The notes under the pieces are model-generated. The model worked only from the letters and a program-made list of their open reading frames with translations. It was not told the origin of the DNA and searched no databases. From NCBI GenBank assembly GCA_030141605.1, contig JAQGDQ010000170.1:62001-126000 (forward strand): 64,000 nt of DNA, written 5' to 3'. The DNA is from Tubiluchus corallicola. Taxonomy: Eukaryota > Animalia > Priapulida. This document shows positions 13,561 through 26,740 of the stretch, in pieces (the stretch's first letter is position 1; each line of letters begins with the position of its first letter). The position numbers and the translations under genes were made by a program.

Positions 13561-14280
13561 TATTCATTTCGTAGAAGTAGTCTCTATATTGATTATCTTT
13601 TGATCAGTGAACATAATTTAAGTTAGTTTAACCCTCTTTACAACAAGTACGAATTACAAACAACAAATTGCCAATCAGTCTAGAAGTAAGTGCTAGTGCA
13701 GCTTAGCAGTGTCAAAGAGTCTGCGGTTTGTACGTTTTGGCAGCTTTATAAGCCAAATCGTATTACCGGGAGTCGACTGTATAATGAAATTGGTAAGTTT
13801 CTAACCGTAATAAAAAACATGCGTGCTTGTACTGTATATAAAGTAAAATAAGTGAATAAGCCCTTCCACAGATTTGTTGTGCACACGCTCAGTTGCTGTA
13901 GGTCAAAGGTTAAGTGCCGTGTGCATAAAGCAACGCGTTTTAACTACAACCGTCACGTGCCATTTGGATAAAGCAAGGCCGTCTGCTGCACTGGTTCAGT
14001 AACTTCAATTGTTTTACGTGGACTTTACTTAATTATGAATTAGTCTGTGCAGAGTGTAATTTACTAGCAGGACCTTGCTTGGGAACAAGAAAAAATGAAC
14101 TAGGTAAGGTTCTAGCTAGCCATCAAAACTGTTACTATTACAGTAGCATGAGCTGCGAAGCGTTGTCACGTGTACAGTGTACGTTGTCTGGTACTCTGAA
14201 CCTTTAACCTTTGTAAGATCATCATCAATCGCTGAAACTGTGAAAAGGCTCATTTGTGCTCTGATAAAAAAAACTGACGA

Positions 14281-17200
14281 TCAATTGTCCTCGGAAGCCA
14301 CACATTTCAATTTAACGTTTGTATCATACGTGTCTGTGCTCAACTCCCAGCTGGCTGGCGTCGACGGCGTGGCCGGCTTCGTTCTCTTAATACTGGTCTC
14401 TTCGCAACTGTAAGTTAAAAAGCGATACAAAAAACGCTAGCTTTGTCACATTAAAATTACACACAGAAAACGACAAACGTACGTCAGCGCCGCCTACTAA
14501 ACTATGCAATAAATAAATTTCCTTCACAAGTTTTAACATAGAAATGTAAAGTCGAACGAAAAAAAACAAGGATAAAAAAGAAAAAAGGCACGACATTTTA
14601 ACTACCACTGTAGTTCTTCTTCGGGAGAACAAAAAAAACCAAAGAGAAGCAACCACAACAAATTACTATTTTTGCAAGTTTTTTTATAATATTAAGTTAT
14701 TAACACAGCATAACAGATAAACAAGGGATTTTTTATTCACTGCCATAGTTTCATTAAGAACTAATTTTAACATGTATTACAGGTTTATTCTTATCACTAA
14801 TACTAGGATAGGATACTTAAAATTTAAAGCTGAGCAAACAAGACTTGCCAGGAGACACTGGACACACATTTGTATTGACCTTTGGTCAGCATTTCGCCGG
14901 CTGGCAGCAACATTTAATAAGTTGTGGACATGCTTCGTGTCTGAATGTCCAGTGTGGTTCCCATGTCAAATCAATGGAGCCCTTCCAATCCTAGTATTAG
15001 TAATAAGAATAAACCCGTAATACGTGTTAAAATGTAGCGTGTTAGAATACGTGTTAAAATGTAGCGTGTTAGAATACGTGTTAAAATGTAGCGCGAAAGA
15101 AGAACATTTTTATTAAAAGTCAGATTGGCAGGCAAAAGCGAAAGGTCAAATACTCCATAGTCAATCGTTTTATACAGCTGACTAAAAGCTGTTTTGCTTT
15201 TGCTGTGGTCTGCAAACCTTCATGTCTCTTAACTAAAGTGGATCATAAAAATTGTCCGAGATTTCGCCATTGTAGGGCATCCGTGCAATAAATTTTAATA
15301 TGCTTGGCCCAAGGACTACTATACACAGGACACGCAGGGCCAGATCTCTGACTCCGCTAGCGGAGGCGATCAATACTGACCCAGCTACCTACCTGCGGTC
15401 TATTTTTAGAATGAACGTAATCTAGGAATAGTGCGCTTTAGAGAGTAGTGATCTTGGAAATTAAAGAATGAACAGATCGGTAGATAGCGAGTATTGTTTT
15501 TCATTTATATAGTAGTTCTTGGCTTGGCCCCAAACTTACTACATTTGCTTAGCTTAAAAATCAAATACAGCAAGTCCTTGCTTAACGACTCCCTGTTTAG
15601 TGACGTTTCGTTTTAACGACGCTGATGATTTGACACGTTTTTTCACTTAATGACGCATGTTTCACTTTAACGACGATTATTTTCACTTTTATCAATGCAA
15701 ATTTTTATTTCATCAGCAACTTGTCACCTAATTTGATGCATTAAAACAGCACATGTTGCGTTATTCAGTTCTAAAACTGCACTAGTAACGTAAATAATGC
15801 TACTATAAACGTTCTTGCTTCTCAACCGACTGCTAGCTGTTTATATCAAGTGAGGCCTACGAGTAACATTACCCAGGGCATGGCTTTGACTCTGCAGTGT
15901 TCATTGTTTAATCGCTGCCTGGGCTTAAACGTTAACGAAAGATAAACCACTATAGCTAGGTAGTGTTAAGTAACATATATACGTGGTTTCAGGCAGAAAT
16001 CAGTCGAAATATGAATAAAACTCAAAAAATGCTTAAGTTACATGATTTTTGTCTCTGGAACGTATCTCAATTCTTTTACGTTACTTTCTATGGAAACCTT
16101 GGCTTCGTTTAACGACGTATTGCTTAACGTCGCGTTTTGCTGAAACGCATTAGCGTCGTTAAGCGAGGACCTACTGTATATATATAATATATGGATCCAG
16201 ATTATATTTGAAGGACAGTAGGGAAATTTTTTAAAATTTTCACTTCAAGTTAAGAAACTTGGGCTTGAAACTCTACGTATGAAATCTTATTTGTACGAAA
16301 ATTCTAAATATATAAATTTTTAACTACATTATTTACCCGTCTATATCGCTTAATGATGAATTTTCACTATCAGCGTCACCAATATCAAAGGTAGCTGCCT
16401 TGTCAGGAGGTATTAATTGCTGTAACCTGTGATAAGAAACATTATCTGATTATTGATTTTCTGTGTGACTAATGTGCCGATCATTTGTAGACAACTAACT
16501 ACAGTAGTACTCTGTAGACAATTAACTCTTAATTACACAAGAAAAGCTGACCAGCCGGTTCAGTCTAGTGGTAACGCGTCCGCTTTCCGTCTGGGAGGTT
16601 GCGAGTTGCAACAACAGACAATAAAACTTGTTTCAAATGAATTATCGTCAAAATGGCTGCGTCTAACAGTCATCGCGGGAGTTTAAATTTACATGTTTTA
16701 TACAGCATTACTGCCGACGCAAGCCCTGTATGCAAAAGGCAGTAAGTGGTATAAAATTTCAAGACGAATTTTTTAAGCTTTACGTAAGTGAAGGGTCTTC
16801 TGGTGCTTCAGAAGACAAATACGAGAGTTTAAATTTACATGTTTTATACGGCATTACTGCCGACGCAAGCTCTGTATACAAAAAGGCCTATAAGTGGTAT
16901 AAAATTTCAAGATGAATTTTTTAATCTTCATATAAGTGAAGGGTCTTCTGGTGCTTTAAAAGACAAATACGTAAAGGGATGAATGTGCTGAAAAGACAGT
17001 TAAAGGGGAATTCCTTCCAAGCATATAATGGACATGTAAATATCACTCTTTTTAAATTCACCTGTTTATTGTCTTGAGTAGTTTTCGTTTTTCACTTCTA
17101 CTGATTAGCAGTTCTCCATTGAGTGCTTTGATTGTCTCTTCTCTCTCACTAATGTCATTCTTTAATTCATACAACGTTTCTTCTAGAGATTCGCAATACG

Positions 17201-18725
17201 CCTACCGAATAACAACAATACTCAAATGACAGTTCTCGAGTACGACTTTGTCTGATTTTTGAGCTATTACGATTGGCTTGACTACTACATTCAGCATAGG
17301 CGTTGTGTGGTCTAGTGGTTGCGGCAACGGGCTTATAATCCAAAGGTCCATAGTTCGAACTCAGGTTCGGTCCGGAATTTTTCCCAAGTCCTTCCTTTTG
17401 ACAAAAGTTCTGTTTTGAAAAAAAAGTACCGGCAGTGATTTATACGAGAATACTGTACAAAATGAAACAGCTAAAGTAATTTAAGCAGAATAGGCAGGCC
17501 TAAATGATACTACTACAGTATGAAGCAAATGTGTGCTTCCAAACCAAAACTTTCCATAAATTGGCAAAGTTAAAACTACGTTATCACGCTTCAAAGCAGA
17601 AAGCACCAAAAATTTGGTCAAATATGGATTTTTCATTTTTTATGAAAACAAATGCTTAAATATATTGGACTTTATATTCTAGCATCAAATTATCAAGAAA
17701 ATGTCCAAACAATACTAGAAATCTAATCTTGTAACTTCTTACCCACTTTTCCCTGTTAGAAACTAGTACTGCAATTCTAAAAATAACTCCTATTTTCTAA
17801 CGCCGATTTTAGCTCGTGGAAGCAGTCATTTTGCTTTGGGTTTTTTCTGTTGCCAAGCCCAGATGTTCGTCAGGAAGAGTCATCTACTGGACTTAAACGT
17901 AACTTCAATTTGCTCTTTTAAAGTCCATAGCAACCTCAATTTCGTACGGTTGCAAAGTGTTTTGCAGAAACGTGACAAAAAACAATGGCTAACAGTGATT
18001 TTTTCAATATTACATTTTCAGTCCATAGCCTGCATCTCAACTTCAGCGTGGATTGTCTCAGCTTAGAAATAACATAGAGCGATGAGCTTGGTATCAAAAT
18101 GATCCTCATGAAATGGAGATTCAGGATATGTGAATAACTAGAAAAGCTTGACTGCTGACTTATGGACGATTTTGCTATGCAAGCATACAAATGATATGAA
18201 ACGAAAGCAAAATATATGGAAAGTTAACTACTGCACAGAACAGGAGTGGTAGCTGTTTCCTAGCACACCACAAGACTAAGCGGACACAGTAATTATTAAT
18301 TTAAGGAACTTAGGAAATTGCGAAGTTATACAGTTGCATTGTTATGGAGATCTAGAAATTGTCGCAGCAATTGGAGATATGGCAATTTTTTTAGGTTGCA
18401 GTAAAGTCTTCTGTCTGTGTGAAGGGATGTTATAACTACATCATGTTAAACACAAGAAGTTAGAAAAGTAGAGGTACAAATACAAACCCTGCTTTCCTCT
18501 ATGGTGTCATATGAGCTAGGCGGAGCATTAAAACAGAAGAACTGCTTCACGGGATCACTGAAATATTTCAACATCATTTTGATAATTCCGGCGTGTGTAC
18601 GGTGTGACAGCAAAGAAAAGGTTTTGGAATGGGGTTACAAATAGAGTTTGTGGCTGTTGCTATGGCTGTTGCTGCTGCTGCTACTGTTGCTGTTGTTGTT
18701 GCTGCTACTGTTGCTGCTATTGTTG

Positions 18726-18763
<38 letters not shown>

Positions 18764-21700
18764 GCTGTTGTTGTTGCTGCTACTGTTGCTGCTATTGTTG
18801 CTACTGCTGCTGCTGCTACTGCTGCTACTTTTGCTACTACTGTTGCCAATTGCTACTGCTACAGTTGCTACTGCTGCTGCTGCTACTGCTGCTGCTGTTG
18901 CTACTGCTGCTGTTGCTACTGCTGCCGCTCCTGGTGGTGGTGGTACTATTGCTACTACTGCTGCTGCTGCTACTACTACTGCTGCTGCTGCTGCTACAGG
19001 TTGTTACTGCTGCTGCGAACTGCTACTGCTACCACCACCATCAGCACCACCACCACCACCACCACCACCACCACCACCGCTGCTAAGAACTGCTGCTACT
19101 ACCACTACCACTACCACTATAGTGGCACACAAGTGGTCTTTATAAACAATTTTTTTTGAGCAGTTCATTGATCAGTTTTTTAATTTTTTTTTCTTTGGAG
19201 AATGTTGATCAGACTTATCAAAAATTGAGTTCTTGAGATATAAAAACCTACTCTTTACTGATTAGTATTAATAATAAATAACTATTATTTATAATTTTAC
19301 TAGACAAAGAAAAATATTTAATACGGACATTTTACTCCTGGAATCGGATGCTATCATCATAAAATATTGTAATTTCTAGCAATATTACACAAAAGTTTCT
19401 TATTTGTGTGCTTGCATAGCAAAATCGTCCATAAGTCTGCAATTTCGCATTTCTACTTATTCACATATCCCAGATTTCCATTTCGTGAGGATCATTTTGA
19501 TACCAAGTTCATCACTCTATGTTATTTTTAAGCTGAGATAATCCACGTTGAAGTTGAGGTGCAGGCTACGCACTGAAAAACGTAATCTTGAGAAAAACGC
19601 GATTTAAGTCTGCCATTGTTTTTTGTTGCATTTCTACAAAACACTTAGCAACGGATTTGCTATGGATTTTACAAGAGCAAATTAAAGTCATGTTTAACTC
19701 AAGTAGACGGCTCTTCCTGATGAAGATCTGGTCTTGTCAACAACAAAAAACCCGAAGCAAAATGGCTGCTTCCACGAGCTACAATCGGAGTTAGAAAATA
19801 GGAGTTTTTTTACAATTGCAGTACTAGTTTCTAGCCAGAAAAGGGGGTAAAGAGTTATAAAATTAGATTTTTAGCATTTTTGGACATTTTCCTGATAATT
19901 TGATGTAAGACTGTAAAAGTCCAATATATTTAGCATTTATTTTCATAGAAATTTGACCAAATTTTTGGTGCTTTCTGCTTTGATACATCATAACGTAGTT
20001 TTAACTATGCCGACTTATGAATGGCTTTGGTTTGCAAGCACACACATAATCTGTATGATGCGAAATCTAATTTTCTTCAAAATTAGGTAAAAACGTTAAA
20101 TTAACGATGCTAAATTGTTCAAGGAAAATTTCACATACCTGTTAAAAACAGCATGGTGCCCAATGAGATTATTAATGAACACCTGCAATCCCTGTAATCT
20201 GTCTTCCAGAAAACGGGGGTCAAAATTATCGCCGAACCATCTCTTTGGTGGCAATGAGAATCTGCAGCCGGGAAACAAAGAGGATAACTGAAAGAAAAAA
20301 ATGCTATTCAGGTGCAAAAATGTAATCTGGTCACGTCTGAATTTCGTTGTTAGTTTTGGTGAAAAAAGATAAGGAATAATAATTACATTTCTCCGAAAAG
20401 ATTTTAAAAAGTAAAGTTTAAATAATGTAGTATACCGTATTTTCCCATGTATAAGAGACCCCTTCAATTTTTAGGCAAAAATTCTGGAAAAAAGTTTTTT
20501 GGTAATGAATAACTTTATTCATCATAGAAATCATTAAATTCCTCATCACTCTCATCAAAAATATCAACTGGAGTCAGACCTTCAGCAATTCCAGCCAGTT
20601 CATCATCAGAGGAGTCACTCTGCTCAAAAATGGCATTGTCCTCTGTGCCGTCCATGGCATTGGAGATGCCACACTTCTTGAAAAATTTAATAATGACCTC
20701 TGGCTTTACACCATTCCATGCCTTGAGGACCCAGCTGCAGCTTCTCAAGGGTTGGCTTTTTTTGGTTGGTGTGTTGGGTGGTTTGTTTGTTTTGTGTTTT
20801 GGGTTTGTTGTGGGTGGGTTGTGGTGGTTTGGGTGGGGTTTTTGTTGTGGGTTTTGTTTTTGTGGTGGGTTGTGGTGGGGGGGGTTTTTGGGTGGTTTTT
20901 TTAAATCTGTTTGTGAAAAGCTAGATGGACCCCCAGCTTGTATCTGTAAAGTAAATGCAGTCAAGCACTTTTCTTGGGACAGGTCTAAAAAACATTTGAA
21001 ATACAGTAAACTCTGCATAGCACAATTTTTCGCCTAACTCAAAGAATTTCAACTGAACGGATGAAATCCTTTGTTTCTCCCACAAAAAAAGCATCGCATA
21101 ACTCAAAATTTTGCCTAACTCAAATAAAAAATTATGGTCCATTTAATCAAAATACGTGTAATTTACTTCGCCTAACTCTAAAATGCAATTTATACTCTAA
21201 AAAAATAAAAAGTTTCGTACAACTCAAAAACAGCACCGTCTTCCGGAAAAATTCTGATGTCTTACAAGTCCCGCCTAATGATTATTTTCTCCGGAATTGA
21301 TCTTTCCGGGAAAGTCTCAGGCGGTGACACTCTACTGAGGAAGATCTTTCCCGGAAACTATCGGTCGGCGACGTGAAAACAATCAAACAATCACTCTATT
21401 GTCATTTGGCTGTTAGAATTCACTCTCTCTGTCTAACACTCATTATTGTCTTGGTCTGAAACTCAATATGACTGATAAAAATAGAAATCAGTGCTGATGA
21501 AATGGGAACAGGACTTGGTGCAGATGAAGATAACTGAATACTTGATGGAGAGCGTGTAGATAATTGAACTTCACACAAACTCAACTGCAGTACGTAAGCC
21601 ATTGGTAGCCCCACTGTCATATTGTTTATACAGTCAACCCTCGTTAAACCGGACCCCGTTAGCCCGGATATCGGATAAGACGGACGTCATCCGTGGTAAA

Positions 21701-23288
21701 GGAAACTGACCGATTTCCGTCCGAGCCCGAGCGCTAAACACAACACAGCCTACCAACTGTACAATAATTTCTTTATTAACTATTTTAACAGGTTAACTAT
21801 TTCAAAGTAATACACAGTATAGCATATAGTGCAATGTATATAGGCCTTATTAAGGTGATTATTCCTGTATAACATAGACCATATATAGGCATATCGGATA
21901 AATCGGACAATCGGCTAAACCGGACCAACCCCCCCCCCCCCCCCACGGGTTGACTGTAAATGTGCACGTGTTCTTTTGAAACATAAAAAAATCGTGTTTC
22001 ACAAAGCATAATTTGTTATTCTTTAAGTAATTGTCACCAAATCTCGTCGTTTATGCATAGAAGGGTTGAACTTTCTGCTTACTATTTAGATCGCCATCTG
22101 GAGGAGGGGTTTTGAGTTTCTATACTGGAAAATGGTCAACATCGCCCAACTCAAAGTTTTTTTTCGGTCCAGTTGGATTTGAGTCATGCGGAGTTTACTG
22201 TATAAATTGGGCTTTCAGATGAGTCTTGGTTCTTCTGGAGTGCTTTAATCCTGCTGTAGAGTTTACAGACTAATCCCAATATAAAAAAGTAGCTCTCCTT
22301 CACTACAGTGCTATAATGAACTTGTAAGAGATGAACAGTAATAAGCGCTGAAAATTTTACATTGAGTACAAGTTACCTTCTTGTTTAGCCGCAGAAAGTC
22401 TGTGTACCGCCGAAAAACGCACCAACTGTCGTTTTCTCCCTTCTGGACGCTTATTTTAAATACCTAAAGTTAATAAAGAATTTATGCACATATATTAATT
22501 TTATATAATATTAATATATAACCATTTCACAAGTTTAAATTTTTTCAACTATCACAACTACTTACTGAATTACTAGTGTAGCAACCTTTGCAAACTTCAA
22601 AATTAAGTCACCTGGTGGTAAGTACATTAACTAAAAATGAGCAACTTAAGCACTAATGAAAACGAATACATTTCCTATTGTTAGGGTAGCCATAGTTGTA
22701 CTAGAAATTAATGTTGCTCCGGATATCCGATTCGTATCCGAAAACAGTGATATTCGCGAGATTCTGCAGTTATTCGCATCCGACATTATCCAGTAGTTAT
22801 AAAAATTTGATATTCGCAAATATTTGCTATCCGGTTTTCGTAATGTGCAAAACGGTTTTCGAATAATTTAACGGTCGAAAATAACTAAATAAAATACTGC
22901 CGAAACGCTTAGAGATTGTTTTAGCCTATGTTTATGTTTTCAAGACGAAAATTTTACACACATCTTTTTTCGTTTGTGCGCGGTAATACGGTGCATCTTT
23001 GAGCCAGGTCTTTTAAGATGATAGATTAAACGAAAACGCTCTAAAGTTTCCAAACACTTACTAATTTTTCATTATCCGAATCCGAAAGTCAATTTGCGAT
23101 AATATCCGATGATACCGGTATTTGCTATCTTGCAAAAAAGTATATCCGGAGCAATGCTATTAGAAATATCATACCGTAAATCTTGCTCGCTGTTCCATGA
23201 TTTCATATCCAAGTATCGGAACTTTTATTTGGCATGGCAGTAACTGTTCTGTTTGTGTAGCATGATCTAATACAAGCTCATGGTTCAT
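14281..23288 (-). CDS. SNX16: Sorting nexin-16; exons 23288-23175, 22463-22377, 20287-20139, 18557-18488, 17201-17062, 14407-14281
   Basis: GT-AG splicing with matching phases gives ...VPILGYEIMEQRARFT|VFKISVQKGENDSWCVFRRYTDFLRLNKK|LSSLFPGCRFSLPPKRWFGDNFDPRFLEDRLQGLQVF...|DPVKQFFCFNAPPSSYDTIEESR|AYCESLEETLYELKNDI...: the SNX16 PX domain plus coiled coil. The start codon and the last exon are less certain than the four middle exons. Confidence 0.93.
14768..15030. mobile_element. Foldback/MITE with about 45-bp inverted repeats and TTAA ends, followed by a 27-bp tandem repeat (15019-15094)
   Basis: ttaacatgtattacaggtttattcttatcactaatactaggat is inverted with atcctagtattagtaataagaataaacccgtaatacgtgttaa. 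Confidence 0.75.
15568..16176. mobile_element. Tigger/pogo-type MITE
   Basis: ta|CAGCAAGTCCTTGCTTAACGAC ... GTCGTTAAGCGAGGACCTACTG|ta. Confidence 0.85.
17299..17375 (+). pseudogene. tRNA pseudogene or tRNA-derived SINE head in an SNX16 intron
   Basis: A-box TGGTCTAGTGG and B-box-like GTTCGAACTC, but the stems do not close into a cloverleaf. A second A-box fragment lies at about 16555-16610. Confidence 0.55.
17530..18189 (+). mobile_element. MITE family A, copy 4
   Basis: tgtgtgcttccaaacc ... ctatgcaagcataca. Confidence 0.85.
18650..19120. repeat. Compound trinucleotide microsatellite (CTG/CTA/TTG, then CCA)
   Basis: Seen directly; source of the poly-C/A/L pseudo-ORFs. Confidence 0.97.
19405..20046 (-). 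mobile_element. MITE family A, copy 5 (inverted; best-preserved termini)
   Basis: TGTGTGCTTGCAtagcaaaatcgtcCATAAGTC ... GACTTATGaatggctttggttTGCAAGCACACA. Confidence 0.85.
20433..20750 (-). mobile_element. pogo/Tc2-type DDE transposase 3' end with terminal repeat
   Basis: WVLKAWNGVKPEVIIKFFKKCGISNAMDGTEDNAIFE followed by an acidic tail is the typical pogo-family C-terminus. Terminus taCCGTATTTTCCCATGTATAAG. Confidence 0.8.
21004..22200. mobile_element. Tc1/mariner-type non-autonomous element containing a nested MITE (21631-21956)
   Basis: Outer: ta|CAGTAAACTCTGCAT ... ATGCGGAGTTTACTG|ta. Inner: ta|CAGTCAACCC ... GGGTTGACTG|ta. Confidence 0.8.
22709..23159. mobile_element. hAT-like MITE
   Basis: TIR TAATGTTGCTCCGGATAT / ATATCCGGAGCAATGCTA; 8-bp flanks ctagaaat and ttagaaat (1 mismatch). 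It ends about 15 bp from an SNX16 splice donor. Confidence 0.75.
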
Positions 23289-23444
23289 GTTTCCTCTTTT
23301 AGTAAAGTAAGACCTTCTTAGGTTCCAACTTTAGTATCGGGTAGGTCTCTTGTCACATCTTGGCTGATGACGTCTTCCGGTACTATTTATAAGTGAATAA
23401 CTAGAACTATAAATGTGAGGATAAAGATACAACATGGAAGTTAA

Positions 23445-24050
23445 AGCAAAACCGGACCCAATCTTAAGCTGCAAGTCAAAACAATCTACTCTTTAAAATA
23501 TTGAAAGGAAAGATACTATTTTTTCATAAATGATTTACATGAAAGAATTGTTACCACACAAACACAATTTCACAATCCTGTCACTAGTTCTTCGCTGTTA
23601 CATGCATTTCACCATTCGCTAGTTAGACGGGCACTAGCGCCTGCATTTCGGAAACGCACTGGACAAAACCAGGTGCTGTACCTCTCAGTTCAGCTGTGTT
23701 AATTTCTGACGAACTACACACATTCGACAGCTCATGCGTGAGTACAGCGGTAAATTTGAAATTTGAATTTTTATCTTAAAATTTGCCGAGTTTTAGTACA
23801 ACACACTGAATCTCTTACAGTAGTACTGTACGTCAATTTTCGCTTTCGCAAACACGTGTAACATGCTGATCGAATATTATGTTAGTTTGTGATGTCATCA
23901 GTACATGTAGTTGGGCATGCCTGCCGTAAATTAAGATTTTAATCAATTATTTTATTATCAGAAACGCTTTTGCAAAATTGTGTTAAAATGTATACTTTTT
24001 ATCGGAATTGAAAATGGGGCAGTATACGAAAAATCCATTTTTTTTCCACT
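23445..24050 (+). mobile_element. Kolobok-like family K, copy 2
   Basis: ttaa|AGCAAAACCGGACCC..., colinear with 9619-10213. Confidence 0.75.
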
Positions 24051-24487
24051 TTACTAGCAATGGTTTATAATGACAAAAATGAATAATAACACACAAATTC
24101 AATTTCATTTTAGACATAAAAACTTCCATAAATCTAGTTGCACAATGCACATAGCAAACGATAAAAGATAAATGGGAGTTAGTTGATAAAACTAATTAAT
24201 AAATGAAAAAAATTATGTACATAGATCATTACACGTAGGCCTGCGTATTTAAGTACGTCTGAGAGAATTGTGATATACATACAAGAATTATATATGTATA
24301 TAATACATACACATATAAACATATATACATATAAAGAAAGTTTTATACAAAGATCTCTAATAATGCATAGAGTACCACTCTGTTAAAAAGACAAATTAAC
24401 TACCTTTATAATCAATATTTTATCATAAAAAGCAGCATAAACTGCACATAAGTCAGGTTTGGTTGTTCAGCATTTTTGCTCGAATAT

Positions 24488-25145
24488 ATGTTTGCTTGCA
24501 TAAAAAAATCGTCCATAAGTCACAATAAAGCTTTTCGCGCTATTCACATATCCTGAATCTCTATTTCATGGCGATCATTTTGAAAGCAAGTTCATCGCTC
24601 TACATTATTTCTAAGCTGAGATAATCCACGTTAAAAGTTGAGGTGCAGACTGAGCACTGAAAAACATAACCTTGAGAAAATCGTTGTTAAAGTCAGGCAT
24701 TGTTTTTTGTTGCATTTCTACAAAACACTTAGCAACAGTACAAATGTTGGTTGCTATGGACTTTGCAAGAGCATAATTATTGAAGTTATTCTTAGATCAA
24801 TTAGGTGGGTCTTCCTGATGAAAATCTTTGCTTGGCAACTGAAAAAACCCGAAGCAAAATGACTGCTTCCATGAGCTACAATTGGAGTTTGAAAATACAA
24901 GTTTTTTACAATTGCAGTACTAGTGTTTAGCCAGAAAAACAAATATGGGGTAATAAAATTAGATATTTAGTTTTTTAACATTTTCTTGATAATTTGATGC
25001 TGGAATATAAAAGTTCAATATATTTAGCATTTGTTTTTATAAAAAACAAAAAATTGACCAAATTTTTGCTGCTTTCTACTTTGAAACATCATAACGTAGT
25101 TTTAGCTATACCAACTTATGAACGTTTTTGGTTTGCAAGCACACA
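24488..25145 (-). mobile_element. MITE family A, copy 6 (inverted)
   Basis: Colinear with 19405-20046. Confidence 0.85.
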
Positions 25146-26046
25146 TGAATCGGTACAAAAAATTTGCGCTTACTGAAGGAAAATAATTCCTAACTCTTCA
25201 TTCTGATACTAGAACTTCAGCATTCTGAAATTTTTGCTCACCAGATGAAAATCAAAACTGGAAGTAAGAAAGGCACAATTGATTTATTATATATCCAGTG
25301 TATGTTCATGAATAATACCACCTTTTGCGCACAGCCATGCGCAATCTTAATAAGTTGTAGAAATAGTTTGTTGCATAGATCTTAGGCTTAGTCTTCAGAT
25401 CAATGTAAAAACTCTCATATATTATGTTTATAGACTTTATCAACTGTACTCTACCGTAAACAAATAAATATCGACTAAGACATGGATAAAACTCAATAGA
25501 TCAACAATCGAGTAGGTCTGCAAAGAGGAATAACACATAGTATTGCTAAAACAAACATCAGAATGAAAGAATCATTTATGTACGACAGTATACGCAACCA
25601 TTTTTCTGAAAACTTTGATTAACACCACACATGACATTAAAATTTTACTTTCTTCTGTACAGCATGCACGTATTGTTGTTTAGAAGTTATAGAAGTGTAC
25701 GGAAGAGGGCGCAAAATGCGTTTCACAAATTCACACACTCAGTTTATAAAATTTATTTGCACTTTGGAAAAATAAAATTCGTGTATAATAAAACCACATG
25801 TCAAGAGAGTTGGGGTTACATTCTCACAGATTTACAACGATTTTTGTGTTTGAAGTCATTGACGGAGTATAATGTAGTGATGTAGTGACAGCCCATTGTA
25901 CTGTATGGGATCGACATTGCTGTATTGTTAATGATGTTATTATTAAAAAGGACAAGTAATGGTTAAGATTGAATGTAAAATAAAGTTTTCACGTTTTTCT
26001 ATGTATTGCTGCTCAAATACCATCCATTGTAATTTGTTTGGTTTTC

Positions 26047-26119
26047 GACCCTGTGGCCTAATGGATAAGGCGTCTGCCTCCGGAGCAGAAGATTGTGGGT
26101 TCGAGTCCCACCAGGGTCG
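26047..26119 (+). tRNA. tRNA-Arg, anticodon CCG
   Basis: 73 nt; acceptor stem GACCCTG/CAGGGTC, D-arm TGGCCTAATGGATAAGGC, anticodon arm TCTGC-CTCCGGA-GCAGA, T-arm GTGGG-TTCGAGT-CCCAC; TTTT shortly downstream. Confidence 0.97.
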
Positions 26120-26740
26120 TTAAAACATTTTCTAATTCAATATTGTAATGTTTGTAACTCGTGAGCATCCGGAATACAATCTATTTAGTAAAAAGAAAGC
26201 ATGGAAAGTTTTCTTCATAGTAACCTTAATTTTTGTATATAAATAGACAATTTCTCAAAAAAGTGCGCCTAAATCAGCTGCCCGTCTATATTTGCTATGC
26301 CTCTTGTGGCGTTGACGTGATTATTTTTATTCTGCACAAAATGCATAAGAATACCCGAGCCTCATTATAGTGGCACAATTAAAAATAATTAAGGTTCTCT
26401 CAGGTTGCACGATACTGTGTAACAAAATTATGCTCTCAGATCGTCTGAAATGTTAAAATAAAATTTGCAGCCGTGTCCTGCGATTTTGTGACACGCAGTA
26501 TCTTTCTTTCTCTTTTTCCCTCTATTTCTATGACGTTTCACGTTCTGTGCATTTGCACACCCTCTCTCTTTTCTTTTTTTCTCTCTCCCACTCACTCACT
26601 CAGTCTCTCACTCTCCCCCCCCCCCGTGTTTTCTCTCTCTCCCTGTTTCTCTTATAAATTAGCAATAAGTTTTAGTTTTTTAAGCATAATGTCAACTTGA
26701 TGTGGCATTTATTAATTCTAAAATGTGTTTCATAGCTCAG

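Noticed and set aside
17299-17375. Functional tRNA-Ile(TAT)
   Set aside because: The acceptor, anticodon and T stems do not pair.
18574-19159. Cys-rich, antifreeze-like or poly-Leu proteins
   Set aside because: Intronic trinucleotide microsatellite that is open in several frames.
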